Source: a virus (taxonomy: Duplodnaviria; Caudoviricetes). Taken from it: a stretch of DNA of 64,000 bases. Below, one piece after another: positions 31,043 to 40,278 of the stretch. The stretch is taken from the IMG/VR virus record IMGVR_UViG_3300013121_000024, positions 1-64,000 of that record; one strand, written 5' to 3'. The translations under genes were made by a program, and so were the position numbers. How positions within the stretch are numbered: the first letter of the stretch is position 1; each line of letters opens with the position of its first letter. Below the pieces are notes generated by a model. It saw only the letters and a program-made list of their open reading frames with translations. It was not told where the DNA came from and did not search any database.

Positions 31043-31366
31043 TTATTTTTGGTGGCGAAGATATTTTTTGTCAATTGGTATGTGTTTTCCAAATTTAAGT
31101 TCTTTTCCTTTAGTATTATTTTCAAGAAAGGCCAAATCAATATCACCCATCTGGATCATTAATCCTACGGCTGTAAACACATCAGCCAATTCTGTTTGTA
31201 GGTCGATCTTGTTGCCTTTGTGTTGGGGATTGGTGGGATCAAATGACTTATATCCATGACGTAATATCTTTGTGCCAGCTTTTATTACCTCTGAACATTC
31301 CTCAATCAACCAAACCAGTCTCTCTTGTTGTGCTGGTGTTAGTTTTTCCGGTATTGTCTCTGTCAT
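31043..31366 (-). CDS. MazG-like NTP pyrophosphohydrolase
   Basis: LIEECSEVI....K..RHG and L..ELADV motifs. Confidence 0.75.
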   Translation of the reverse strand: MTETIPEKLTPAQQERLVWLIEECSEVIKAGTKILRHGYKSFDPTNPQHKGNKIDLQTELADVFTAVGLMIQMGDIDLAFLENNTKGKELKFGKHIPIDKKYLRHQK

Positions 31367-31595
31367 TTTTCTTTTCTCCTATTCCAAATAAACCAATGAT
31401 TACTGATATTGTTGTAATCAATAGTCCTATTAAAGCACCCATTGCAATTAAATCTTCCGCAGTATATAACTCTCCAGAACTTAACATTACACAATCAACC
31501 AAATACAGAATGCAGAATTACGGAAATTACAATAGAAAAAAAGACAAACGGCAATAAAATTATTTTGAACATTGATGCAATTTTGTTCTTGTTCA

Positions 31596-32183
31596 TTAAA
31601 GATTCCCCTTTATGATTTCTTTAAAAACTTGTCGGTCATATTCAAACCATGGTCTGTATTTTACCAATCTTAATTTCACATCTGGCCAGAGTATATTATC
31701 CACCAATTTTCTATCTAGATATGCCATTGTTCTAGTTATGTCTATTAATATGATAACGGTTTCTATGGAAATTTCACCATGTAGGTAATTTTTAATAAGG
31801 ACAGGCAATTGTCCATTATCAGATTTCAATGCAGATTCAATTGACCCACTGGAATTATTTATCTTATCTAGCTCATTCTTAAAGTTATATTTGAGACTTT
31901 GTAATACCTTTTTCCTGGAAGTATGTATCGATTCAATTTTATCCAGGTTAACTATGTCGCCGATCCAAGATTTTGGATCGTACACAAACATGGAAACAAG
32001 TATTTCTTTTGCTTCAACGAGTCCTTTGGAGGCCAATTTCTTGAAAAACCCCTGGTCGGTCCTTTTTTCAAAGGAGTTGTAATTAACCCTTGTATGCCCG
32101 GACCTGTTATGGTAATTATATGTTTTGCTGTTAAAGTGCAACTTAATTGCTACATATTCTCTATAGGCTTCAAACGGTGTCAT
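31596..32183 (-). CDS. gp59: Helicase loader gp59
   Basis: Y..Y.A.KLHF....Y.Y, F.KR.D..FF.KL, WIG, YL..EIS.ET, KY.P motifs. Confidence 0.9.
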   Translation of the reverse strand: MTPFEAYREYVAIKLHFNSKTYNYHNRSGHTRVNYNSFEKRTDQGFFKKLASKGLVEAKEILVSMFVYDPKSWIGDIVNLDKIESIHTSRKKVLQSLKYNFKNELDKINNSSGSIESALKSDNGQLPVLIKNYLHGEISIETVIILIDITRTMAYLDRKLVDNILWPDVKLRLVKYRPWFEYDRQVFKEIIKGNL

Positions 32184-32197
32184 GATATAACCTGGTG

Positions 32198-32485
32198 TTA
32201 ATCTAAAGTTATTGGTAACCTCGCAGTAACAGGAATAAATTTCAATGACTCGGCTTCCTCTGTTATTTTTTCCATAGCTTTTGGACTTTTCATTATCATG
32301 CTGGCCACCGATTCAATCTCTATTCCTTTGGTCGTAGAATAATGAATTGCCGAATCAATGATGCTTACGTTGTTAATTTCCGAAAAGGACATAATATCCT
32401 TTATTGCCGAACCGGCGTCACTGTGTAATATGTTTGATAATTCATCTTCTCTAATTTTTGTCATAATTGAGTTCCATTCTGTCAT
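32198..32485 (-). CDS. gp33: Late-promoter coactivator gp33
   Basis: IDSAIHY....IEIE.VA, K...EA..L.F....ARLPI motifs. Adjacent to gp59. Confidence 0.8.
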   Translation of the reverse strand: MTEWNSIMTKIREDELSNILHSDAGSAIKDIMSFSEINNVSIIDSAIHYSTTKGIEIESVASMIMKSPKAMEKITEEAESLKFIPVTARLPITLD

Positions 32486-32867
32486 ATTCTTTTTGAATTA
32501 TTTTCAAGGTGTGTTCTCGGTCTACAACAAAGAATTCGATTTTCAAAGGTTCAAATTCCTTTATAGCATCAAAAACCACATCTCGGTCAAGATGCCCACA
32601 TGTGTATACATCTAATTGTAATAATTTTGGTGTGTCTTCATCCCAAAAATGGGCGGCTGCATGCGACGTTTCCAGTACACAGATTGAGGTAAAGCCTCGG
32701 TTGCCAACCATATTACAATAAGCTGTATATGGTCCCATCATAACCTTCATCTTGAGTTTGTCCACCAAAATTTTCATCCAGTTATTCAGGTATTCCGTAT
32801 CGTGTGGTTCCGGTGCCTTCATAACTTCAGCCCGGATGATAATGTGTTTGTGTTCCAGAATGCTCAC
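32451..32867 (-). CDS. speD: S-adenosylmethionine decarboxylase proenzyme (pyruvoyl)
   Basis: G.T....LETSH...H.W and QLDVYTCG motifs. Confidence 0.88.
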   Translation of the reverse strand: MSILEHKHIIIRAEVMKAPEPHDTEYLNNWMKILVDKLKMKVMMGPYTAYCNMVGNRGFTSICVLETSHAAAHFWDEDTPKLLQLDVYTCGHLDRDVVFDAIKEFEPLKIEFFVVDREHTLKIIQKEYDRMELNYDKN

Positions 32868-32940
32868 ATCAGTAATTCCTTATGAAATAGCCTCGTTTAT
32901 TTTCTTTGTTGAAATTCCACAGGTTCCGTCTTAATGACGG

Positions 32941-33396
32941 TCATCGTTTTTGCAACTTCTGAAACTCAAATTCCGCCCAGAGCGCTTTACGGGTAGAGTC
33001 CGAAAGGCTTAATATAGCAGTTTTCGGGTCCACGTCAAGTAACATAGCAACATAATTGGCCCTTGTTATTGGGTGGTCAATCTTGGAGTTGATGAAAAAG
33101 TCTCGTATTGTTTCGCCCTTTGTTACCGGATATCTATTGACAGGTCCGGCCACGGTTTTTTCCACATTCTTGGTTTCAGTGACGGAAACTGGTGCTTCTG
33201 TACTGGTAATAGGAACTTCCTTTTTCCAATCAAGAGATATTATAATTATTAGAAACACTAATATACCAGATATTCCGCCTATTTTTCCCATTCTTTTCAA
33301 TCGACCCTTTGGATCAAAAGGATTGCTGGCCGCGGAAGATACTTTTGGCGTTTTGGTTGTTGGTTTTTTGGGTTTTGTGGTTTTAGTACGTTCCAT
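32941..33396 (-). CDS. Single-pass membrane protein
   Basis: Basic N-terminus followed by hydrophobic segment GISGILVFLIIIISL. Confidence 0.55.
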   Translation of the reverse strand: MERTKTTKPKKPTTKTPKVSSAASNPFDPKGRLKRMGKIGGISGILVFLIIIISLDWKKEVPITSTEAPVSVTETKNVEKTVAGPVNRYPVTKGETIRDFFINSKIDHPITRANYVAMLLDVDPKTAILSLSDSTRKALWAEFEFQKLQKR

Positions 33397-33423
33397 TTAA
33401 ATTTTTTTCCTCTATATAAACGC

Positions 33424-33795
33424 AAAAAGGAGGGTTTTCTGTTGCCAGGTAAACCCTCCAAACCCCGTTCGATCAGGCAGCTAGTGCCATATCTCCCATG
33501 TGCCAGTTATCATTGGCATCTATGATGTGCGCCTTTAACGACGGTCGCCTTACGGATAACTCCACGTTTTCTTTTGTTTACTGTCGATCCTATTTCGCCC
33601 CCATCAGGGATACATTAATGACAAATTTTCACCTGCTTTGTCTTTCAACCACCCACAGGCACCTTTATCGCAGACTTGGGCAATATTTCTATTGCTGGGA
33701 TGAACACGGCATAATTAATGTATCCTTGGTGAAGGCGCCGGGTATCGCACCCGGGTCCAGCAAAACTACTTGAACACGCTTCAACGTTATCAGTC
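33424..33795 (-). ncRNA. ssrA: Permuted (two-piece) tmRNA
   Basis: Minus strand: acceptor piece ending ...GACCCGGGTGCGATACCCGGCGCCTTCACCA (3' end 33727), an intervening segment, then the coding piece starting GGGGGCGAAATAGGATCGAC (33602) with a G3.U70 pair. Tag ORF ANDNWHMGDMALAA* at 33517-33473, then a terminal hairpin and U-run. 5' end approximate. Confidence 0.92.
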
Positions 33796-33809
33796 TCTTA
33801 TTTAGTATT

Positions 33810-34097
33810 TTACTCCTCGCCACCATCTTCCGGTAACATACCAAGAGCATGTTTATAGACTTCCAAGATGGAATCGAATTCTACAACTTCAATATGTGAT
33901 TTTTTTCGTATCTTAATTAGTTCTTTCATGGCTTTGGTGTTGAATCCGGCACTTTTAGCTTCAGAAAATTTATCCCGAATGTCACTAGATATTCCGGCTT
34001 TGTCCTCCATCAACCTCTCAATTTGTTCAATATATTGCCTAAGTTGATTTTGTGTTGATTTTTGCAATGCGACGATTTCGGTGGCTTCTGTTGTCAT
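33810..34097 (-). CDS. gapR: GapR (DUF2312) nucleoid-associated protein
   Basis: QLRQYIE.IERL.E.K..I..DIRD.F.EAKS.GF..K.M..LI.IRK...ILE.Y..ALGM matches the GapR consensus. Confidence 0.9.
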   Translation of the reverse strand: MTTEATEIVALQKSTQNQLRQYIEQIERLMEDKAGISSDIRDKFSEAKSAGFNTKAMKELIKIRKKSHIEVVEFDSILEVYKHALGMLPEDGGEE

Positions 34098-34138
34098 GAT
34101 ATATTAGTCTCCTTTTCTTTCTGTTAATCTTATTAAAT

Positions 34139-34172
34139 GATAAATAATAGCACGGTACACAATTAATGGCAA
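34139..34172. promoter_or_regulatory. Overlapping divergent promoters: sigma70-like to gapR (-) and late GATAAATA to the ART/lysin operon (+)
   Basis: Minus strand TTGCCA-N17-TATTAT (34172-34144). Plus strand GATAAATA (34139-34146). Confidence 0.6.
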
Positions 34173-34191
34173 GAGGTAAAAATATACACAC

Positions 34192-34752
34192 ATGATCACG
34201 TTTAAGGAATTTTTAGTAGAAGCCCAAAAAGGAAATTCTGATTATTATTACCATGCAACACTGGGAGAAAATATGCCAAGTATAACGAAACATGGATTGG
34301 TTGGAAGTGGTAATACACTTAACAAAAATAAATGGAATTATGGTTTTTCCAAACCCAATGTTGTATACCTAACAGACAATCCAAATCTCAATAAAATATA
34401 TTATAGTGAAATAGGAATTTGGTCAGGGAATCCTTCAAAGGCATCGCGATCTCCTCATAGTATTAGGGTATTACGTATACATAAATCTAAATTAGATCCT
34501 AAATTGTTGAAATCAGATAGAAATATGAGCGGAGAGAAAGGTTATTATGAGTATCACGATAATATACCCCCTGAACACATTGATTTTGGAAATTCTAGAA
34601 CGTTTGGTGGGCATTTTGACAGGGGCACAGATAAATGGAACAAAGTTATGGCAAAATCGATCGCCGGTGGTTGTTTACCCGTATTACCCAAGAAACCCTA
34701 CAGGGAACATAAAAAAAAGCAAAAGGAAGCAAAAGGAATAACCAATGACTAA
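34192..34752 (+). CDS. Putative H-type (Tpt1/DUF952-like) ADP-ribosyltransferase-fold protein, probably virion-packaged
   Basis: YYHAT....SI..HGL, VYLTD, VLRI and IPPEHI motifs. N-terminal MITFKEFLVE resembles a capsid-targeting sequence. Confidence 0.6.
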   Translation: MITFKEFLVEAQKGNSDYYYHATLGENMPSITKHGLVGSGNTLNKNKWNYGFSKPNVVYLTDNPNLNKIYYSEIGIWSGNPSKASRSPHSIRVLRIHKSKLDPKLLKSDRNMSGEKGYYEYHDNIPPEHIDFGNSRTFGGHFDRGTDKWNKVMAKSIAGGCLPVLPKKPYREHKKKQKEAKGITND

Positions 34753-35371
34753 AATATTTCCAAAAGTACTAGATATTTCACACTATGACAGTATCAGTTC
34801 ATTCCAAAAGATGTATGATTTTGGCGTTAGAGGACTTATTCACAAGGCCACACAAGGAACTGGATACTTAGACGATAAGTACGTAAAAAGACGCAGACAA
34901 GCCCTGGATGCTGGATTCCTTTGGGGAGCCTACCATTTTGGCACCAAGAATGACATAGAAGGTCAGGTAAACCACTTTCTAGAATATGCTCAACCGGATG
35001 ATAATACACTTGTGGCACTTGACTATGAACCTTATAGAACCTCACAGATGACATTAGAAGGTGCAAGGAAATTCTTGCAGTTAATAGAGAAACGACTAGG
35101 AAGAAAAGCCGTATTATATTCAGGTTCACTAATAAAGGAAGTGCAATCAACACCGGATGAATATTTTGGTGGCCATAAATTGTGGTTGGCCCAATATGGT
35201 TCCAAGGCTGTTCTTCCTCCTAGTTGGAAGAACAAAGGCTATTTTCTTTGGCAGTTCTCTGGTGATGGAATAAACACAAGAGGATATGAGGTTCCAGGAA
35301 TATCCGATGATTTGGACTTAAATCATTATGACGGCACAGATGAAGAATTGGCAGAGGAGTGGGCTAAATGA
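34745..35371 (+). CDS. GH25 muramidase (endolysin)
   Basis: LDISHY, KATQG, GAYHF, LDYE, LWLAQY, WQFS and DLN motifs. Confidence 0.92.
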   Translation: MTKIFPKVLDISHYDSISSFQKMYDFGVRGLIHKATQGTGYLDDKYVKRRRQALDAGFLWGAYHFGTKNDIEGQVNHFLEYAQPDDNTLVALDYEPYRTSQMTLEGARKFLQLIEKRLGRKAVLYSGSLIKEVQSTPDEYFGGHKLWLAQYGSKAVLPPSWKNKGYFLWQFSGDGINTRGYEVPGISDDLDLNHYDGTDEELAEEWAK

Positions 35372-35601
35372 AAGTGCGTTTAAGAGTGGATTCTGCCGTT
35401 GCACAAGATTCCGACGCGGTTATCAAAGCTATGGTTACATACGGAAAAATCAGTGAAACGGATGCTAAAAAAATCATAAATGCCACACTAAGAGTGGGTT
35501 TCTCTAAGTGGTACGAAGCACCCATACCAGAAACCTACTTTAGTATGGTCAAAGATTATGTTTATGGAAAGGGATTTCACCTTGAAAAAGAAGATGTCTA
35601 G
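35368..35601 (+). CDS. Hypothetical protein
   Basis: 77 aa, ATGA overlap with the lysin stop. Confidence 0.55.
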   Translation: MKVRLRVDSAVAQDSDAVIKAMVTYGKISETDAKKIINATLRVGFSKWYEAPIPETYFSMVKDYVYGKGFHLEKEDV

Positions 35602-35786
35602 AAAAACCTACTGTTTTTAACTAAAACCATCATCTCTTTAAAGTTCATTTCCACGATCTCATGAGTCTGCCATCGCTGACGGAATGGAAATGTGTGAAGT
35701 TCCTCACCATCGATATCGATGCACACCGACACTACCTCACCTGTACCAGGAATTCTAGCCACCAAGAATTTATCGTAAATCTGCAT
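35598..35786 (-). CDS. Hypothetical protein
   Basis: 62 aa ORF at the end of a minus-strand operon. Confidence 0.5.
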   Translation of the reverse strand: MQIYDKFLVARIPGTGEVVSVCIDIDGEELHTFPFRQRWQTHEIVEMNFKEMMVLVKNSRFF

Positions 35787-35816
35787 TTTTAATACCCATC
35801 AAATAGATATAATACC

Positions 35817-36170
35817 TTAGTTGCCGCCAATTAAATCAGTCATTCCTGCTAACACATTTTCTGCACACCTGATTTCATTCTGGAAATACATGTATACCCA
35901 GTCGTGGTCCATATAACACTGCCCTTTGCACCTGATGTGCGTTCTCCTTAGAGCATAACTAGTCGGTTCAACCATATAAACCAGTGTGGACTTATTGCGC
36001 AGAAACAGCGCGGCCTCCAATTCCCTTTGATCTTGGGTGGTAGCACATACAATAATATCATCATCACCCACAATATCAACCAGGCGTGTCGTCCTTCCGG
36101 TACCACGGGAAATTTTATCGTAAAACTCAATGGCCATCTTGGCCATTGAGTCAAATCCATACTTATTCAT
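35817..36170 (-). CDS. Hypothetical protein with degenerate P-loop (RGTGRTT)
   Basis: 117 aa, RGTGRTTRL motif. Confidence 0.5.
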   Translation of the reverse strand: MNKYGFDSMAKMAIEFYDKISRGTGRTTRLVDIVGDDDIIVCATTQDQRELEAALFLRNKSTLVYMVEPTSYALRRTHIRCKGQCYMDHDWVYMYFQNEIRCAENVLAGMTDLIGGN

Positions 36171-36183
36171 TTTGGATCACCCA

Positions 36184-36585
36184 TTAATCATTGAAGATTG
36201 TGAGCTTATACTTAGAGGTTTTAGGAGAAACTTTTATCGTCTCCTTGGTAGGCAATAGGTTCCACCAACGAATATCACCTTCCGGGTCCTTCTCGGTGTG
36301 GCTCACATACCACCACGTGGTCTCCCGCGTGGCCGGATTGAATAGGATCAACCCAACGTCCTCGGCGTCATTATACAGTTTGACAAACCCATCGATCTGG
36401 TGGATACTACCACCAGGCTCTAGTATAAGGTCTGACATCTCCGAGATGCCGGTCGCAGTGCTGGAACTACCACGTTGGCCCCACTTAATACGTGATGCAT
36501 ACCGTGAAGGAGCATAATTACAGTGGGGGAACGTCTTTTGGTTCGTCTTGGTCATATTTTCAACCATGTGTCCTGTTTCATTCAT
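36184..36585 (-). CDS. Hypothetical protein (start uncertain)
   Basis: ORF downstream of a GTTGCC-type early promoter (about 36600-36625). Confidence 0.5.
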   Translation of the reverse strand: MNETGHMVENMTKTNQKTFPHCNYAPSRYASRIKWGQRGSSSTATGISEMSDLILEPGGSIHQIDGFVKLYNDAEDVGLILFNPATRETTWWYVSHTEKDPEGDIRWWNLLPTKETIKVSPKTSKYKLTIFND

Positions 36586-36651
36586 TAAGGATTATAATAA
36601 TAGAACCAGTCCTCCGAGGCAACCTATAAAATCCTTAAAGGATTCAATCCT

Positions 36652-36954
36652 TTACTCTTTTGGCTCATAGTAGCTACCACTTTGTCCGCACCTCTCATGA
36701 CCAGATCCAATATAAATATAATTTGACCAAAAAGTTCCATACCTCTCACTAGAACATTTTCTTGTCCTGACAGGAATGCTATTTCCTGTTACCAGATCAT
36801 TTGGTAGTGGTCTACAACAAATTTGATCTTCAGATTTTTTTGTTTTACTATTATATTGTCCAACGACAACATACCACCGACAATTGACACAATATTTTTC
36901 GGTTGATTTGGTTGGAATTGTCATTTCGCTATTGGAGCCGAAATCATTGGCCAT
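36652..36954 (-). CDS. Cys-rich hypothetical protein
   Basis: C..C.W...C...C..ER...CG..G.YYE pattern common in small phage proteins. Confidence 0.55.
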   Translation of the reverse strand: MANDFGSNSEMTIPTKSTEKYCVNCRWYVVVGQYNSKTKKSEDQICCRPLPNDLVTGNSIPVRTRKCSSERYGTFWSNYIYIGSGHERCGQSGSYYEPKE

Positions 36955-37751
36955 GGATTATATTCCCTTAATTCAAAATCTTTATAACGGAAGTCATCAA
37001 TATGTGTAATGTCCGGATTTAATTTCATTTTAGGAAGAGCACGTGGTTCTCTTCCTAATATTTCGTTCACTTGTTCGACATGATTTTTGTAAATATGTAA
37101 ATCGCCGAATGTGTGTATAAAGTCTCCAGGCTTCAATCCTGTCACCTGGGATACCATCATAATCAGTAAAGCATAGGATGCAATATTAAAAGGAACACCA
37201 AGGAATGCATCTGCGGATCTTTGATATAACTGGCAATCCAGATATTTACCATCCCTAACATTGAATTGGAATAGACAGTGACAGGGAGCCAAAGCCATTT
37301 GGTCTACCTCGGCCGGATTCCAGGCCGTCACGACCAATCGACGGCTATTAGGATCGGTTTTTATTTGATTAATTACCTTATTGATCTGATCAATGGACTC
37401 TTTACGGTATAAGTCTTCTCTGGTACCAAATTGTGGATAAAATGCAGACCATGATCGCCACTGTTTACCATAAACAGGACCCAAATTACCATCCTCATTG
37501 GCCCATTCATTCCAAATAGTAACACCATTATCGGTAAGGTACTTTATATTTGTATTGCCTTGAAGAAACCACAATAACTCATGAATAATAGACTTTAGAT
37601 GCACCTTTTTGGTCGTAAGTAGTGGAAACCCGTCTTGTAAATTATATCTGTTTTGGTAGCCAAAAATACTATAAGTACCAGTTCCAGTTCTGTCCGTTTT
37701 TTCGGTTCCACGCGACATTATATTAAATAACATATTTTTGTATTGTTTCAT
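36921..37751 (-). CDS. thyA: Thymidylate synthase
   Basis: [46 protein letters not shown] motifs. No intron interruption. Start MKQYK at 37751. Confidence 0.97.
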   Translation of the reverse strand: MKQYKNMLFNIMSRGTEKTDRTGTGTYSIFGYQNRYNLQDGFPLLTTKKVHLKSIIHELLWFLQGNTNIKYLTDNGVTIWNEWANEDGNLGPVYGKQWRSWSAFYPQFGTREDLYRKESIDQINKVINQIKTDPNSRRLVVTAWNPAEVDQMALAPCHCLFQFNVRDGKYLDCQLYQRSADAFLGVPFNIASYALLIMMVSQVTGLKPGDFIHTFGDLHIYKNHVEQVNEILGREPRALPKMKLNPDITHIDDFRYKDFELREYNPWPMISAPIAK

Positions 37752-37764
37752 TGTTAATGGTGAC

Positions 37765-37986
37765 CTAAAATGTTTCAAATTTATGAGGGTTACAATTGAA
37801 TTTATTTACCTTCCATAGAGGATTATTTTCTCTCCATTTAGACAGTGTTACCTGTCCTATCATCATACATTGTTGTGGTGTCACGTTGTCTGACTGAGAT
37901 TCATAAGAAAATTCAACCTTTTTACATTCTCCTTCATTGAATACCAGGCATACCGTGGCGACCAATTTTAAAAACATGTTGCACAA
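37765..37986 (-). CDS. Small secreted Cys-containing protein
   Basis: L...VC.....C...C...GQ.....W...P...V....C pattern. Confidence 0.5.
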   Translation of the reverse strand: MCNMFLKLVATVCLVFNEGECKKVEFSYESQSDNVTPQQCMMIGQVTLSKWRENNPLWKVNKFNCNPHKFETF

Positions 37987-38010
37987 TCCTTTTCTGTTTA
38001 ACTTTTCTGT

Positions 38011-38247
38011 TTAACTTTTCTGTTTAAATTCGAATATATCCCTTATAGAACGTAGTATCATGTCATTTAATGTTGGATTTGATTTTGAATTTAGTAACCT
38101 CATCGTTTGTAATACATCTATATGTAGTTGAGAAATTACATTATTGTCCATTTTTGTGTTAAAACAGTCCCATATTTTTACGTCATAGTCCAAACTAAAT
38201 AAAATATCAGATTGTTTACTGAGTTGTCCGACATCATCTTTTACCAT
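38011..38247 (-). CDS. Hypothetical protein
   Basis: 78 aa ORF in operon. Confidence 0.45.
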   Translation of the reverse strand: MVKDDVGQLSKQSDILFSLDYDVKIWDCFNTKMDNNVISQLHIDVLQTMRLLNSKSNPTLNDMILRSIRDIFEFKQKS

Positions 38248-38494
38248 ATTTGACCAAATTATTATATATCTGTGTTATTTCACGTGAGATTTCATTGTGT
38301 GCTGGCCTTATATGTAAGTCAATTTCTCGTAACTGATCATGAATATCAAATAAGTATAATGTTTTACTATCAATCTGCTTTGAAACATGTTTACTCATTT
38401 TGAAATTTACCAATTCCAAAATAGTCTTACATCTGGAAGATTTCTTATAGGTATTTGGTAATATTCCAAGCATCATTGCACTCCACAGCATCAA
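38234..38494 (-). CDS. Hypothetical protein (true start probably internal, MSKHV)
   Basis: ORF in operon. Confidence 0.4.
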   Translation of the reverse strand: MMLWSAMMLGILPNTYKKSSRCKTILELVNFKMSKHVSKQIDSKTLYLFDIHDQLREIDLHIRPAHNEISREITQIYNNLVKYGKR

Positions 38495-39116
38495 ATTCCA
38501 TTACAACATCGAAGTCCGGACACATTCTAAACATTTGGGGAACCAAGTTGCCTCTAGAATTAATCATAGTCTCCAGTTCATGGAAGTCAAGTGTGAAATC
38601 CTCTAACCTTTTTAGACTGTCCAATACAACTTCCACACAGGAAAGTTTATTGCTATCTATTAGGTCAAATAAATCGTCATATGGTCGGCCTGGAAATTCC
38701 AACAATTGATCTATAATTTCCGTCCAGTCCTTGTTTGTTACTTTTTTGGGCGTCAATAAACATACCTTGGAAGCACCGGCAAAAACTTGATCGAATGTAG
38801 AATAATGAACGCCGGTAGCCGTTGCTTCAACGAATTTAAATTTGTTGTAATCGTCCGGTGACGTAAATTTATCACAATTCATCAAGACATGTGTATAATC
38901 TCCCCATTTTCCTGTTAAAAATATAGTCATCAATGAAATAAGGAAGGAGCTTAAACGTTGTCTCTCTGTTACCAAAATTATATAATATCCGGATGATAAA
39001 TGTTTGATCAATGTTTCTTTTTGTTCAACCGAAAATGTCGTATCATTATACGGCAACTTAATTTTTGGAACAAGTTGTGTTATTTTATGGTACAGAGAGT
39101 ACAACCATTCAAACAT
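38445..39116 (-). CDS. Permuted papain-like NlpC/P60 (YiiX/YaeF-type) protein
   Basis: His (YTHV) precedes Cys (G.PYD..FD......SCVEVV). VEA...GV motif. Confidence 0.75.
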   Translation of the reverse strand: MFEWLYSLYHKITQLVPKIKLPYNDTTFSVEQKETLIKHLSSGYYIILVTERQRLSSFLISLMTIFLTGKWGDYTHVLMNCDKFTSPDDYNKFKFVEATATGVHYSTFDQVFAGASKVCLLTPKKVTNKDWTEIIDQLLEFPGRPYDDLFDLIDSNKLSCVEVVLDSLKRLEDFTLDFHELETMINSRGNLVPQMFRMCPDFDVVMEFDAVECNDAWNITKYL

Positions 39117-39119
39117 TGT

Positions 39120-39527
39120 TTACACTATCCGAAAAGCTATGGCACCGGACACGGACCGGGCCCTCTCTCTTACTCGGCCACCATCGTTGCCAGATTTTAC
39201 GATCCATTGTCCATTGGAAGCTCTACCGGTAATTACTCCAACATGGTGTGGCCAAACAACAATAGCTCCCACATGAGGCCCGTGTGTTTTGCTTCCTCTA
39301 TTCTTCCAGTTACGGGCAAGGTTGTATTCGGGTCCGCCGCCATATAGTTGACGCATGTACCAACCACACCATTTGCCTGGTCTTGAATTATTCCCGTTGG
39401 CTACTATGGAAACTCTCGATCCATTGTATTCTCCATAATACCTTCTAGCTTCGGCCGATGTTAATGTTAAAAACATATAACCAACGGAAATCAAGACAGA
39501 TAAAATTATTGTACGTGTATTAAGCAA
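39120..39527 (-). CDS. Secreted CHAP/NlpC-like cysteine amidase
   Basis: Signal peptide ending AEA, then WCG, LARNW, HVG and SGN motifs. Start reassigned to a TTG behind an AAGGA RBS. Confidence 0.75.
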   Translation of the reverse strand: MLNTRTIILSVLISVGYMFLTLTSAEARRYYGEYNGSRVSIVANGNNSRPGKWCGWYMRQLYGGGPEYNLARNWKNRGSKTHGPHVGAIVVWPHHVGVITGRASNGQWIVKSGNDGGRVRERARSVSGAIAFRIV

Positions 39528-39671
39528 TATTATTTCCTTTCTATAGTTTCTAGTTCTTACAATGATATTTAGTCGTCGTCTCCTACTAGATATATAATCC
39601 AGATAACAGTAAGTGTGCAGGCAAAAATAATGAATGCCAGGTGTACCCACAAAAATGTGAATGTGGATGTA

Positions 39672-40004
39672 TTAAACATGTGTTATTGCCGCATCTTTAT
39701 TTTGTGTTCTCCAGTCCGGCCAATTTCTATGTTCATTAATAGATTGTTTTGACTCAATTGCCATAGCAATTTCTTCTGGTGTATATCCTAAACGCCACGC
39801 ACCATCAAGTGCCAGCAATATGATATCAACCCACTCTTCCAGTGTTTCGTGCTCATTCTTTGCGGTTAAAACTTCATTCAGTTCTTTACTAATGTGGTCG
39901 ATAATTCCGACCTTCCTATCTCCAGGACCAAATGTAGACCTTGAAAACGCTCTTTGTCTGTATAAGTGTGCGACAAGATCATAATTATTGAATTTGTTGT
40001 TCAT
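39672..40004 (-). CDS. DUF550 dATP/dGTP pyrophosphohydrolase
   Basis: FS..TFGPG....IIDH..KE..E, EWVD..ILALDGAWR, K...N..R.WPDW motifs. Confidence 0.85.
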   Translation of the reverse strand: MNNKFNNYDLVAHLYRQRAFSRSTFGPGDRKVGIIDHISKELNEVLTAKNEHETLEEWVDIILLALDGAWRLGYTPEEIAMAIESKQSINEHRNWPDWRTQNKDAAITHV

Positions 40005-40043
40005 ATTTTTCCTTTCTTTTAATTTCCATTGGTCTAGGTATAC

Positions 40044-40253
40044 TCACCACACACCACACAACTCTTTATATAACTCATTGTATACCGACCAATATGGATC
40101 GTTGCTTACCACACTGTCAATGGGATGTAGTGTATTATTTTTGAGAAAATAATAGTCGTTTACACTTATTTGTTTTTTTAATTCTGATTGTATTAGAACA
40201 AAAATACTAGATTCAAGGGGCTCGGCCACCGTTGAGGTTTTTGGTTCTGTCAT
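40044..40253 (-). CDS. Hypothetical protein
   Basis: 69 aa ORF with an AAGG RBS. Confidence 0.45.
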   Translation of the reverse strand: MTEPKTSTVAEPLESSIFVLIQSELKKQISVNDYYFLKNNTLHPIDSVVSNDPYWSVYNELYKELCGVW

Positions 40254-40278
40254 TTGATTATGCCTTAATCTGGAACTT

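Noticed and set aside
33498-33773. 91-aa plus-strand ORF
   Set aside because: It is antisense to the tmRNA gene.
36921-37751. Possible group I intron or homing endonuclease in thymidylate synthase, as in T4 td
   Set aside because: The reading frame is continuous and of normal length.
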